Assembly (NCBI GenBank): GCA_007122335.1
Contig: SKTZ01000029.1
Location: forward strand, 5,593-69,592
Length of the DNA: 64,000 nt
Direction: 5' to 3'
Origin: Bacillota bacterium
Lineage (GTDB): Bacteria; Bacillota; Halanaerobiia; B1SED10-174
In this document: in pieces, positions 16,346-25,017 of the stretch
How positions within the stretch are numbered: position 1 is the stretch's first letter
Layout: each line of letters starts with the position of its first letter
The notes under the pieces: generated by a model
What the model saw: the letters and a program-made list of their open reading frames with translations, nothing else
Databases searched by the model: none
What the model was told of the DNA's origin: nothing
Program-made: the position numbers and the translations under genes

Positions 16346-17416
16346 TGCAGAATTACATTTTCTCTGCTGGTTCATCAGATCAACGAAGGCTTCCAAACGC
16401 GTTTCAACCCCTGCCTGGCCAGTTTGTTCGTCAATAAAAAAGGTCAGGACAGGGATCCCATTCACCTTGCTCAAATGGGGCATTATGCTTTTGGCGACAA
16501 TTTCAGGAATGCAGGTAAAGGGGGCCAGCTGGACTACACCGTTAAAACCTTTTTCGGCGAAATGGACAACATCACCAACACTGTTCTGCCCGTGTCCGCC
16601 AATGACTAAAGGAAGGTAGGGCTGGGCTCTTTCCTTGGCTTCCCTTTCCCCGTGGGCCACAACATCGTGCCGGGTAAAACTGGTTAGAAAAATGGTCCGC
16701 CGGGGAATTACCCCCATGTGGCCCAGGGTTTCTTCAAGGAAAAAATTCGCTGCTGGTTCAAGCTGGACATATATTTCCCCGATAATTCCTACTTTTAAAG
16801 GCTCAAAATCCAGGTTCTGGGGAACTTTCTCCAGTTCTTTTAATCCTTCCCGGTGGGCTTCTTCAATCTCTTTGGTACTTCGAGCTGCTTCGAGGTAGCC
16901 AATACCTTTTCGAAAAGCCCTGCTGGTATCCCCCCGTTTTAATTCTCTTGCCCTGATTTCGTGGCTTTTTATTTCAATATCGTCCACCGATTTTAATTTG
17001 GCAAAGCCCCTACGAATTGAACGGTAAAAACCTCCCCAGGAACCCCCTTTTTTTAATTTAACTATCTTTTTGAAAAAATCAACAGGTTTTTTTAAAGGGG
17101 GAAAAAAGAAAATGAACTGGGGGTTGTAACCCATTTCCCTCAGGATGCGCCGGTGTAATTCACCGTAAAAGCCAGCCCTGCAGGGTCCATAACCCCCGGC
17201 GCTAACAATTATTTCTACCCCTTTGGGCAGGGTTTCCAGGTAAGTTCCCAAAACCAGCTTGAAAGGAATACAGGCAAATTCAGGAGCATACTGAACTCCC
17301 AGGGAAAGAGTTTTAGGTGTTGGCCGGGGAGGAGCAATAACTTCATGGCCAATTTCCTCCAGCATTGATTGAAATACAATTGTAGATGTTCCCATGTGGG
17401 CGTATGTTACGCGCAT
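16343..17416 (-). CDS. 2-hydroxyacyl-CoA dehydratase-family / activase-associated protein (third gene of a split 'CoA-substrate-specific enzyme activase' system)
   Basis: A 357-aa ORF with features I recognise from the HgdB/BcrC-like dehydratase fold family (GGYGPCRAGFY, LAPFTCIPE). It lies directly downstream of a BadF/BcrAD ATPase. Confidence 0.55.
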   Translation of the reverse strand: MRVTYAHMGTSTIVFQSMLEEIGHEVIAPPRPTPKTLSLGVQYAPEFACIPFKLVLGTYLETLPKGVEIIVSAGGYGPCRAGFYGELHRRILREMGYNPQFIFFFPPLKKPVDFFKKIVKLKKGGSWGGFYRSIRRGFAKLKSVDDIEIKSHEIRARELKRGDTSRAFRKGIGYLEAARSTKEIEEAHREGLKELEKVPQNLDFEPLKVGIIGEIYVQLEPAANFFLEETLGHMGVIPRRTIFLTSFTRHDVVAHGEREAKERAQPYLPLVIGGHGQNSVGDVVHFAEKGFNGVVQLAPFTCIPEIVAKSIMPHLSKVNGIPVLTFFIDEQTGQAGVETRLEAFVDLMNQQRKCNSA

Positions 17417-17422
17417 TTTTTC

Positions 17423-18397
17423 TCACCCCGTTCTTTTTTCTTCCAGTTGATCCCACTTGCTGCAGCGACTACCCCAGCGGGCTAACAGTTCTCCTTCGGC
17501 CATTATATTAACAATTTCGCAGTTGTTAGGACAATCTTTACACTCAAAACTACTTGCTTCATACTGAAATTCGCTTAATTCAAAACCCAAAAACCTGGTT
17601 GGTTTGTCATTTTGAGCCGTGAGGCGTTTGGCGATTAAAGCGGCTCCAATTGCTCCCATCACATTGAAGTGCTGGGGGATTGTTATTTCTTCCCCCAGTG
17701 CTTTTTCAAAAGAAGCCTTAATTCCGGGGTTGGCTGCAACTCCTCCCTGGAAAACTATCGGGGCTAGGATATCCTTTCCCTTAGCTACATTATTCAGGTA
17801 GTTCCGAACAAGGGCTTCGCTTAGCCCGGCAATAATATCAGGAAAGCTGTGTCCGGTTTGTTGTTTGTGGATCATGTCGGATTCAGCAAAAACAGAGCAG
17901 CGTCCGGCTATGCGGACTGGATGGTTGCTTTTTAAGGCGAGTTCCCCAAATTCCTCTATTGGTATATTCAAACGGGCGGCTTGATGCTCAAGGAAGGAAC
18001 CTGTTCCAGCAGCACAGACTGTATTCATGGCAAAATCAACAACAACACCATTGCGGATAATTATGATCTTGGAGTCCTGCCCCCCAATTTCTAAAACGGT
18101 TTGCACATCGGGAACAACGTGGGTTGCTGCAACAGCGTGGGCCGTAATTTCGTTTTTTACTGTATCTGCACCAGCAATTACTCCCGCCAGGCGCCGGGCA
18201 CTTCCTGTGGTGGCAACCCCTGCAATTTCAACATTTTCCGGGATATCTTTGCCTGTTTTCTGAATACCCTGCTGGACAGCAGTGATAGGTTGCCCTCGTG
18301 TCCTGAGGTAATGAGAAGTCAGGAGATTATCATTTTCATCAATTATTACCAGGTTGGTACTTACAGAACCAACGTCAATTCCCAGGTATCCCTTCAC
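17423..18397 (-). CDS. BadF/BadG/BcrA/BcrD-type ATPase (2-hydroxyacyl-CoA dehydratase activator-like)
   Basis: ASKHA-fold motifs GIDVGSVSTNLVII, EIGGQDSK, CAAGTGSFL and FQGGVAANPG. The C-terminal Cys cluster is CKDCPNNCE...WGSRCSKW. Confidence 0.8.
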   Translation of the reverse strand: MKGYLGIDVGSVSTNLVIIDENDNLLTSHYLRTRGQPITAVQQGIQKTGKDIPENVEIAGVATTGSARRLAGVIAGADTVKNEITAHAVAATHVVPDVQTVLEIGGQDSKIIIIRNGVVVDFAMNTVCAAGTGSFLEHQAARLNIPIEEFGELALKSNHPVRIAGRCSVFAESDMIHKQQTGHSFPDIIAGLSEALVRNYLNNVAKGKDILAPIVFQGGVAANPGIKASFEKALGEEITIPQHFNVMGAIGAALIAKRLTAQNDKPTRFLGFELSEFQYEASSFECKDCPNNCEIVNIMAEGELLARWGSRCSKWDQLEEKRTG

Positions 18398-19394
18398 TTA
18401 ACTTTTCTCCCTTCGTCTCTTTTTTATGAATAAGCATATCTACAAAGGCTTCAAGACGGGTCAAAATTCCAGCTTCCCCGGAATGTTCATCAATACTAAC
18501 TGTAAGGAAAGGGAGTTGATTGTGGTTTTTGGCCTCAAGTTCAAGTAATTTATTGAGCATGGCGTCAGGTCCACAACCAAAAGCAGTTACATGGATTATA
18601 CCGTCTATGTTTTTTGCTTTTTCAATCAAGTGGAGAGCACTCCATGCAGCCCGGTTGCTGTAATACCAGAAGAAATTCTGAGGTAAGCGCCGGGACATTT
18701 TTCGCAAGCTATTGTTGGCAATGTTTTCGGGGGTGATAATCCCGATACCTATTTTCCGGAGGTTTTGCAGAAGATTTCCACTTATATAGGGGTCAAATAT
18801 TGAATAGGGGTAACCAACTACAGCAAGGGTTATTTTTTCCTTTCCAGGCCGGGGAAATTCAATATCCTTTAAAGGGGTATGTAGTTTTTCCAGAGCTTCG
18901 GAGGGAAAAAACCCCTTGCTTAAAAGATAATGGTATTTTTTGTGGATTTGCCCGGCTTTTAAATAACCCCGGATAATAGTTGTTTTTTTTGCAGAAAATT
19001 TAGTCCCAATTTTATATAGAAAGCCAAAAAGAGAGGCCCGAAACCTTCTGACCCGGAAAGTGGTATTAATAATCGGGGGGAGATCTTCCCGGGAAAACTT
19101 AACCATGTCAGGGAGCCCTAAAAACTTCGGGCAAAAAGTGCTTTTCCCATCCGCGCTCACCAAGCGGGGGATGAAGAGGAAGTCGACCTTGTTTTTCAGG
19201 GCCATGACGTGTCCGTGGTACAATTTTATCGGGACACAGGCGTCATTAACTGTTTCCTGGACACCCAGGTCCAGTATTTTTTTATTTGTAGGAGGGGATA
19301 AAACCACTTCTAAACCGAGTTCTTCTAAGAAGGTTTTCCAGAGAGGGTAAAAAGTATAATAAGCAAGAGTTCTTGGAATTCCTATTTTTACCAT
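18375..19394 (-). CDS. Activase-associated protein (DUF2229-like, acyl-CoA dehydratase activase-related)
   Basis: IGIPRTLAYYTFYPLWKTFLEELG...CVPIKLYHGH...FCPKFLGLPD is typical of the N-terminal module of the long fused activases. Start is ATG 19394 or GTG 19403. Confidence 0.6.
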   Translation of the reverse strand: MVKIGIPRTLAYYTFYPLWKTFLEELGLEVVLSPPTNKKILDLGVQETVNDACVPIKLYHGHVMALKNKVDFLFIPRLVSADGKSTFCPKFLGLPDMVKFSREDLPPIINTTFRVRRFRASLFGFLYKIGTKFSAKKTTIIRGYLKAGQIHKKYHYLLSKGFFPSEALEKLHTPLKDIEFPRPGKEKITLAVVGYPYSIFDPYISGNLLQNLRKIGIGIITPENIANNSLRKMSRRLPQNFFWYYSNRAAWSALHLIEKAKNIDGIIHVTAFGCGPDAMLNKLLELEAKNHNQLPFLTVSIDEHSGEAGILTRLEAFVDMLIHKKETKGEKLSEGIPGN

Positions 19395-19579
19395 GATTTT
19401 CACCCCGAGTCCAGAAATTAGAATTCAATGACCTTTTAAAAGTTCTTTTTCAGGAAAGCTTTCTCCTTCTCCGGCCGGCAATCTTTAAACTATAATAAAG
19501 GAAATATTGAAGAGAAAGAAGGTGGTAAAAGAAAAAAGCCGAAAGATATGTTACAAAAAAAACCAGGAGGAGGGTTAAG

Positions 19580-20155
19580 GTGAAAGAAAAGCCAGTATAC
19601 TCAGAAAACCTTAAATTGCCATATGCCATAATAATGAAGCCAATATTTGGGTTATTATGCATGGGTTTTTTCGGGCTTTTCTGGTACCAAAGGTATGCGG
19701 ACCCTCTTCTTCCAGAAGCAATCCCCAACTGGATAAACTTAATATTATCAATTCTTCTGCTCCGATTTTTCTTGCTTGCCTTGAACTTCTCTACTCTTCA
19801 TCTGGAAATTACAAGCCGTGGAATTTTAATCAGCTTTGGCCTGATCAAAAGAAACATTGAGTGGAAATTCATTGAGGACTGCAGGATTTTACAGGGCCGG
19901 TTCCGGGCGATCTGGTGGAGGCTGCCTCTGGACCGGTCGGGAGGGAAGTGGCGCAATGTTTTCCAGATCCCTGGGTATCCCCAGATTTCCCTGAGGGTTA
20001 AAAAGCAGAGGTTTATCGAAGTGATTTTTTCCACCCGGGAACCGGAGAAAGTAAAAAGAATAATTGAATATTTCTTTACAGAATTAACTTCGAACGGGGG
20101 AAGTAATGTCCCGGGGAGTGAAGTAGTTGGTCCCCCAAACTCCGATAATTATTAA
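19580..20155 (+). CDS. Membrane protein with possible bacterial PH-like domain (hypothetical)
   Basis: GTG start with GGAGGAGGG RBS, then two TM helices and a soluble domain. The 3' end overlaps the convergent EamA gene by 72 nt, so the true C-terminus is uncertain. Confidence 0.45.
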   Translation: MKEKPVYSENLKLPYAIIMKPIFGLLCMGFFGLFWYQRYADPLLPEAIPNWINLILSILLLRFFLLALNFSTLHLEITSRGILISFGLIKRNIEWKFIEDCRILQGRFRAIWWRLPLDRSGGKWRNVFQIPGYPQISLRVKKQRFIEVIFSTREPEKVKRIIEYFFTELTSNGGSNVPGSEVVGPPNSDNY

Positions 20156-21010
20156 AATAGCTCCAAGAAAGTGAAACCAGTAAAGACTTTCCCCCAGTAT
20201 TACCACTCCAGAAGTTACTGCAATTAGTGTAGTCAGGCTGGGGAAAGCGCTGACCTGGGAAGCGGGTAAACGGGAAAGGGTAAAATTAATTAGAAAAAAT
20301 GCTACCACTGAGGAGAAAATCGCCAGGTAAAGAATGGCGGAAATAACGATTGGTTCTCCTAAAGGGAGCAGAAACTGATCAAGCCTTCCCCTGAAGAAGT
20401 GCATAATCAGACTCAAACCCAAAAAGAAAACCGCCCCAACATTCATCATAATATAGGTTAACTCAATGGGCTTGAAACTTCGGGAAAAATAGCGGGACAG
20501 ATTGCTGAAGGCGCCTCCAGAAAGGGGGGCGCCAAGGAGGATTAAAAGGCCAATAAAATTTCTTCCAATTTCCTGGGTAGCCTGCATATAACCGATCAGA
20601 AGTACCCCTGAAACTGAGAGTATTATGGAAATTACCTGGGGTATAGCAGGCCTTTCCTTGAGGAAAATAGCAGCTATGCTCACGGTGAAAATTGGAATTA
20701 AAGCAACCATCATTCCTCCTTCTGAAGCACTTGTCATCTGGATACCAATAGTTTCGCAAACGAAATAAAGAACTGGCTGGAAAAAAGCTAAGAGCATAAT
20801 TTCGCGCCAGCGCCGCAAGGGAATATTAATTTTTATTACTCCAACCCAGCGCAGGATGTTTACAACGAGAGCCGCCAGGAAAAAGCGGAATCCAAGAAAA
20901 TGAATTGGTTCAATGTGTTCCAAGGCACTGCGGGTAAAAATGAAAGAGAAACCGAAGAAAAAAGCCATTCCAATTGCCGCGGCGATTGCCGGGTAGTCTC
21001 TGTTTGACAT
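20084..21010 (-). CDS. EamA/DMT-family transporter
   Basis: Ten predicted TM helices in two EamA-like repeats. Start chosen at MSNRDYPAIAAAIG. Confidence 0.75.
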   Translation of the reverse strand: MSNRDYPAIAAAIGMAFFFGFSFIFTRSALEHIEPIHFLGFRFFLAALVVNILRWVGVIKINIPLRRWREIMLLAFFQPVLYFVCETIGIQMTSASEGGMMVALIPIFTVSIAAIFLKERPAIPQVISIILSVSGVLLIGYMQATQEIGRNFIGLLILLGAPLSGGAFSNLSRYFSRSFKPIELTYIMMNVGAVFFLGLSLIMHFFRGRLDQFLLPLGEPIVISAILYLAIFSSVVAFFLINFTLSRLPASQVSAFPSLTTLIAVTSGVVILGESLYWFHFLGAILIIIGVWGTNYFTPRDITSPVRS

Positions 21011-21132
21011 TAGCTGGCACCTCACATATACTGGTTAATAATTTGTTTTCAATAATTATGGCAACTTTCCTTTTTTTGGATTGGTTTTAGTTGGTTTTGC
21101 CTGATTTTTTTGTGTTGAAGGGAGCGATTTTT

Positions 21133-21645
21133 TTGTGGCAAAAGGTAGTAAAGGACCCGAAATTAATTCTTTTGGTCATGGTTATTTTTTTTACGATAAT
21201 ATTCCTGTGGGACAGAGGATTTGATCCCGAAGGAATTTTTATTCCGCCTGATTTAGAGCCAGGAATGGAATTCACCGACTACCGGGACAGTGAGAAATTT
21301 AACCTGGATCTGGAAGTGCTGGTTATTGAAGAGGGAGAAAATCTATACAGTTTCAACTGGATTCTGGAAGTTGAACCCCTGATTGAAACACCTGGACTGG
21401 AAATTTACGGGATGTTGCCCCTAGAACTTGAAGACTACCACGCCGGGGAAGAAATTTTTCCCACCTGGCTTCGCCAGGAAGAAAATCAAGAACCTTTTTT
21501 AGATGAACACCGACTACTATTAATTGAGGATGCAAGTAAAGAGAGAATCGCTGAACTTGCAGGGTGGGTAAAAATCCTGATTTTCTGGGAAGATGGAGAC
21601 GAGTTTTTGGAAATCGAACTACCTAGTGAAGAAATAGACTGGTAG
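21133..21645 (+). CDS. Highly acidic membrane-anchored hypothetical protein
   Basis: One N-terminal TM helix (LILLVMVIFFTIIFLW) followed by a very Glu/Asp-rich domain. TTG 21133 is preceded by AAGGGAG. Start uncertain (the track gives 21091). Confidence 0.4.
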   Translation: MWQKVVKDPKLILLVMVIFFTIIFLWDRGFDPEGIFIPPDLEPGMEFTDYRDSEKFNLDLEVLVIEEGENLYSFNWILEVEPLIETPGLEIYGMLPLELEDYHAGEEIFPTWLRQEENQEPFLDEHRLLLIEDASKERIAELAGWVKILIFWEDGDEFLEIELPSEEIDW

Positions 21646-21772
21646 AGAAAATTTTTTATCGGGGTTAAAACAAAACCTCGATTTGATTTTATTAGTCTTT
21701 TGTAAGGAAAAAAGAAGCAGAGATTAAATTAAAAGAGTTAAATTTTTCTAATCAGAAAATATGAAAAACAAA

Positions 21773-21789
21773 GGTCAAAAAAGGTCAAA
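21773..21789 (+). promoter_or_regulatory. CtsR operator (direct heptad repeat)
   Basis: GGTCAAA-AAA-GGTCAAA exactly matches the CtsR box consensus (A/G)GTCAAA-NAN-(A/G)GTCAAA. It lies just upstream of the hsp20 -35 element. Confidence 0.65.
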
Positions 21790-21796
21790 AAACAGA

Positions 21797-21813
21797 TTTG
21801 ACCTACTTTGACT
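21797..21813 (-). promoter_or_regulatory. Second, inverted CtsR-like box overlapping the hsp20 promoter
   Basis: The plus strand TTTGACC-TAC-TTTGACT reads on the minus strand as AGTCAAA-GTA-GGTCAAA. This is a near-consensus CtsR box and covers the -35 hexamer. Confidence 0.5.
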
Positions 21814-21826
21814 TTCTTGCTATGAT
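21798..21826 (+). promoter_or_regulatory. Sigma-A promoter of hsp20
   Basis: TTGACC, 17-nt spacer, TATGAT, 32 nt upstream of ATG 21859. Confidence 0.6.
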
Positions 21827-21858
21827 TAAATTGAAAAATAACTGGGGAGGTGAAAAAT

Positions 21859-22287
21859 ATGCGTGGAATGTTACCTTTCCGTGGAAGGATAGGGCCCCGT
21901 CGCAGACGAGAAGATCTCGTGGATGTTTTTGACGAATTTTTTGCTCCAGATTTTGGGAATAGAGGAATGTCTACGGATATTCAGGAAACTGATGAAGCCT
22001 ACCTGATGGAAATTGAACTCCCGGGTTATGACAAGGATAATATTGAAATTGAACTTAAAGATAATCTGCTTACCATCACTGCAAAAAAAGATGAAGAATT
22101 TGAGGAAGAAAAGCAAAACTATATTCACAAGGAAAGAAAAAGGGGAACTTTCCAGAGGTGTTTTAGCATTGACCAAAACGTTGATCCGGAAATAATCGAA
22201 GCTGAGTTTAAAAACGGGATCTTGAACCTAAAATTACCCAAAAAACAAAAGGGAAATGGTGATAGGAGAACAATTGATATTAAATAA
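21859..22287 (+). CDS. Small heat-shock protein, Hsp20/alpha-crystallin family
   Basis: D.QETDEAYLMEIELPGYDKDNIEIELKDNLLTITAKK...F.R.F....VDPE.I.AEFKNGILNLKLPK is the canonical ACD. GGGGAGG RBS before ATG 21859. Confidence 0.9.
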   Translation: MRGMLPFRGRIGPRRRREDLVDVFDEFFAPDFGNRGMSTDIQETDEAYLMEIELPGYDKDNIEIELKDNLLTITAKKDEEFEEEKQNYIHKERKRGTFQRCFSIDQNVDPEIIEAEFKNGILNLKLPKKQKGNGDRRTIDIK

Positions 22288-22316
22288 AGGCCTGCAGTCC
22301 GCAGGCCTTTATTTAT
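22288..22316 (+). terminator. Rho-independent terminator
   Basis: AAGGCCTGC-AGTC-GCAGGCCTT followed by a T-rich tract. Confidence 0.8.
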
Positions 22317-22383
22317 GAAGCAGGATTTTCCTTTTTGTAAACAGAAACTATACTTTAAAAGCAAAATTGAAAGGAGGTTTAAG

Positions 22384-23493
22384 GTGTTTAAAAATGCGAT
22401 TCAAATAGGGAAGCTGTGGGGAATTCCCCTCAGGCTTCATTATAGTTTTTTGATAATATTGCCTTTTTTGGCCTGGGCTTTTGGGAACAATATCAGGGCA
22501 CTGGCTGAACTCGCGGGGATTCCTTTAACAAGCCTAGGGGCCAACCCCTATTTTTTAGGGTTCCTGATGGCAATTGCTTTATTTACCAGTGTTGCCCTGC
22601 ATGAGCTTTCCCATTCTTTAGTTGCTCGGAAAAAAGGAGTCCATATTCATTCTATTAATTTAATGCTTTTCGGGGGAGTAGCTCAGATGGATGAAATTCC
22701 CGAAGACCCAAAAGATGAGGCCATGATAGCATTTGCTGGTCCTATTTTAAGCCTTGTCCTGGGCGGAATTTTAATTGGCGGTGCTACCCTTTTTAGGGGA
22801 GTTATTGTGGCGGATATGCAGCTAATGTTCCTTTACCTGGGGTGGATGAACCTATTCCTTGCAGTTTTCAATTTAATACCAGCCTTTCCTACCGATGGAG
22901 GCCGGGTTTTAAGGGCTATCCTGGCCGGGAGAATGCCTTTTTTACAGGCAACCAAAATTGCCGCTACTATTGGTAAAGGATTCGCTTTTGCTTTCGGGAT
23001 CCTGGGGCTTTTAACTGCTAACTTTATCCTGGTCTTTATTGCATTTTTTATCTATATTGGGGCCAGTCAGGAGTACCAGACCCTTTTTATTAAAAATACC
23101 CTGGAAGGTTTCCGGGTTTCGGATTTAATGACTGAGGATGTGAAAGTTGTTGATGAAGAGACCGTGGTATCTGAATTGGTGGACCGAATGTTTGTTGAGA
23201 GGCATTCCGGGTACCCGGTTACAAGAAACGGAGAAGTAATCGGTCTTGTGACCATGGGAGATGTTAGAAGGGTTGAACCAGAGATGCAGTCCCAGACCAG
23301 GGTTCGGGAAATCATGTCCTCGAATATAATCAAGGCTGATCCAAATGAGGATATTTACCTGGCTCTCCGCAGAATGTCCCAGGAAGATGTGGGGCGCTTG
23401 ATGGTTATGAAGGGGGGCCAACTGGTGGGGATAATAACCCGTTCGGACATAATGAAAGGATTCCGACTGAGGGAAATGCAAAGCGGGACTTAA
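22384..23493 (+). CDS. Site-2 protease family (M50) metalloprotease with C-terminal CBS pair
   Basis: HELSHSLVARKKG (HExxH), NLIPAFPTDGGRVL (LDG motif) and two CBS-like repeats (VSDLMTEDV...GYPV, VREIMSSNI...GRLMVM). GTG 22384 follows AAGGAGG. Confidence 0.85.
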   Translation: MFKNAIQIGKLWGIPLRLHYSFLIILPFLAWAFGNNIRALAELAGIPLTSLGANPYFLGFLMAIALFTSVALHELSHSLVARKKGVHIHSINLMLFGGVAQMDEIPEDPKDEAMIAFAGPILSLVLGGILIGGATLFRGVIVADMQLMFLYLGWMNLFLAVFNLIPAFPTDGGRVLRAILAGRMPFLQATKIAATIGKGFAFAFGILGLLTANFILVFIAFFIYIGASQEYQTLFIKNTLEGFRVSDLMTEDVKVVDEETVVSELVDRMFVERHSGYPVTRNGEVIGLVTMGDVRRVEPEMQSQTRVREIMSSNIIKADPNEDIYLALRRMSQEDVGRLMVMKGGQLVGIITRSDIMKGFRLREMQSGT

Positions 23494-23579
23494 AATTATC
23501 TCCAGTAAATATTGAGGGTTGCAAAACGAATCGATAAATGTTAATATGGCGATAAAGGAATATGATGGGGAGTGAGAGT

Positions 23580-24746
23580 ATGGATCAGAAAAAGAAATTG
23601 CTCCTTTTTGTTGGTGCCTTTATCGTCATTTATTTTCTTCCAGTGGAAAGTATGCGCTTTCAGGAGGCAACCATAGAGGCTTTTGCCCTGCTCCGTTATT
23701 ATGCCCGGGAACACGTGCTTTTTTGCCTGATTCCGGCCTTTTTTATAGCCGGGGCGATTGCAAACTTCATTTCCCAGGGAGCAATAATTAAATATTTTGG
23801 CCAGAAGGCCAAGAAGTGGGTTTCTTATTCTATTGCTTCAGTTTCAGGAATGGTTCTGGCTGTTTGTTCCTGCACGGTATTACCCTTATTTGCAGGGATT
23901 TATCAGCGAGGAGCTGGGATAGGACCCGCAGTTGCTTTTCTCTATTCTGGGCCGGCCATTAATGTGCTGGCGATTATTCTGACGGCCCGGGTCCTGGGCT
24001 GGCAGCTCGGTCTGGCCAGAGCCGTGGGAGCTATAGTTTTTGCAATTGTAATCGGTTTATTGATGGCCTTTTTCTTCCGCAGGGAAGACAAAGAGCGTTT
24101 GGAAGGTGATTTTGACCTGGAAACTGAAGATGGAAAACCACTGGGGCAAAGAGTTGCTTTCCTTTTCAACCTGGTCTTAATTCTTATTTTTGCCGCCTGG
24201 GGCAGGCCCGAAGAGGCCACGGGTTTCTGGTTGTTAATAGCTGAATACAAATGGGTTTTCGCTGGAATTTTGCTTGTAATTTTAGGTGCGATGTTGTATA
24301 AGTGGTTTGAAAAAGACGAGATGAAATTATGGGTCAGCTCTACCTGGGATTTTGCCCAGCAGATTCTTCCGCTCCTTTTTGCCGGAGTCTTTATCGCGGG
24401 ATTTTTGATGGGAAGGCCCGAAAGTGAGGCTGGCTTAATTCCTGCCCATTATATTGAGAATTTAGTTGGGGGCAATTCCCTTACCGCAAATATGATTGCC
24501 TCAGTAATTGGTGCCTTTATGTATTTTGCGACACTGACAGAGGTTCCTATTCTCCAGGGACTTATTGGTTCAGGAATGGGAAATGGGCCGGCGTTAGCTC
24601 TTCTCCTCGCGGGGCCAGCTCTCAGCCTGCCCAATATGCTGGTTATTCACAGTGTTATTGGCACGAAAAAGACCCTGACCTTTGTGGTCCTGGTGGTTAC
24701 TATGGCCACAATTGCAGGGATGATTTATGGTAATATAGTAATCTAA
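23580..24746 (+). CDS. Permease of the DUF318/ArsP-like family
   Basis: About 9 TM helices. The conserved VCSCTVLPLF CxC motif and a duplicated core are typical of this family. GGGGAG RBS. Confidence 0.65.
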   Translation: MDQKKKLLLFVGAFIVIYFLPVESMRFQEATIEAFALLRYYAREHVLFCLIPAFFIAGAIANFISQGAIIKYFGQKAKKWVSYSIASVSGMVLAVCSCTVLPLFAGIYQRGAGIGPAVAFLYSGPAINVLAIILTARVLGWQLGLARAVGAIVFAIVIGLLMAFFFRREDKERLEGDFDLETEDGKPLGQRVAFLFNLVLILIFAAWGRPEEATGFWLLIAEYKWVFAGILLVILGAMLYKWFEKDEMKLWVSSTWDFAQQILPLLFAGVFIAGFLMGRPESEAGLIPAHYIENLVGGNSLTANMIASVIGAFMYFATLTEVPILQGLIGSGMGNGPALALLLAGPALSLPNMLVIHSVIGTKKTLTFVVLVVTMATIAGMIYGNIVI

Positions 24747-24761
24747 AGGAGGCTGATACCA

Positions 24762-24992
24762 GTGAAAATTGAAGTAATGGGTCCCGGCTGTCCCCGTTGC
24801 CGCCAGACCAAAGAAGCAGTAGAAAAAGCTTTGAAAAACAAAAATATTTCTGCGCAGGTTGAGCACATCTCGGAGATGAAAGCTTTTTCTCAGAGAGGGG
24901 TAATGATGACTCCTGCGGTATTTATTGATGGAGAGAAAAAAATAGAGGGTCGGGTGCCCACAGTTAAAGAAATTGAAGACTGGCTTGATTAA
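24762..24992 (+). CDS. Thioredoxin-fold 'redox-active disulfide protein 2' family protein
   Basis: A 76-aa protein, MKIEVMGPGCPRCRQT... with CxxC, plus TPAVFIDGE. This is the classic partner of the upstream permease family. Confidence 0.8.
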   Translation: MKIEVMGPGCPRCRQTKEAVEKALKNKNISAQVEHISEMKAFSQRGVMMTPAVFIDGEKKIEGRVPTVKEIEDWLD

Positions 24993-25016
24993 AGGGGCGT
25001 AAGCCCCTGTTTTTTA
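24993..25016. terminator. Bidirectional terminator
   Basis: AGGGGC-GTAA-GCCCCT plus GTTTTTT, lying between convergent genes. Confidence 0.75.
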
Positions 25017-25017
25017 T

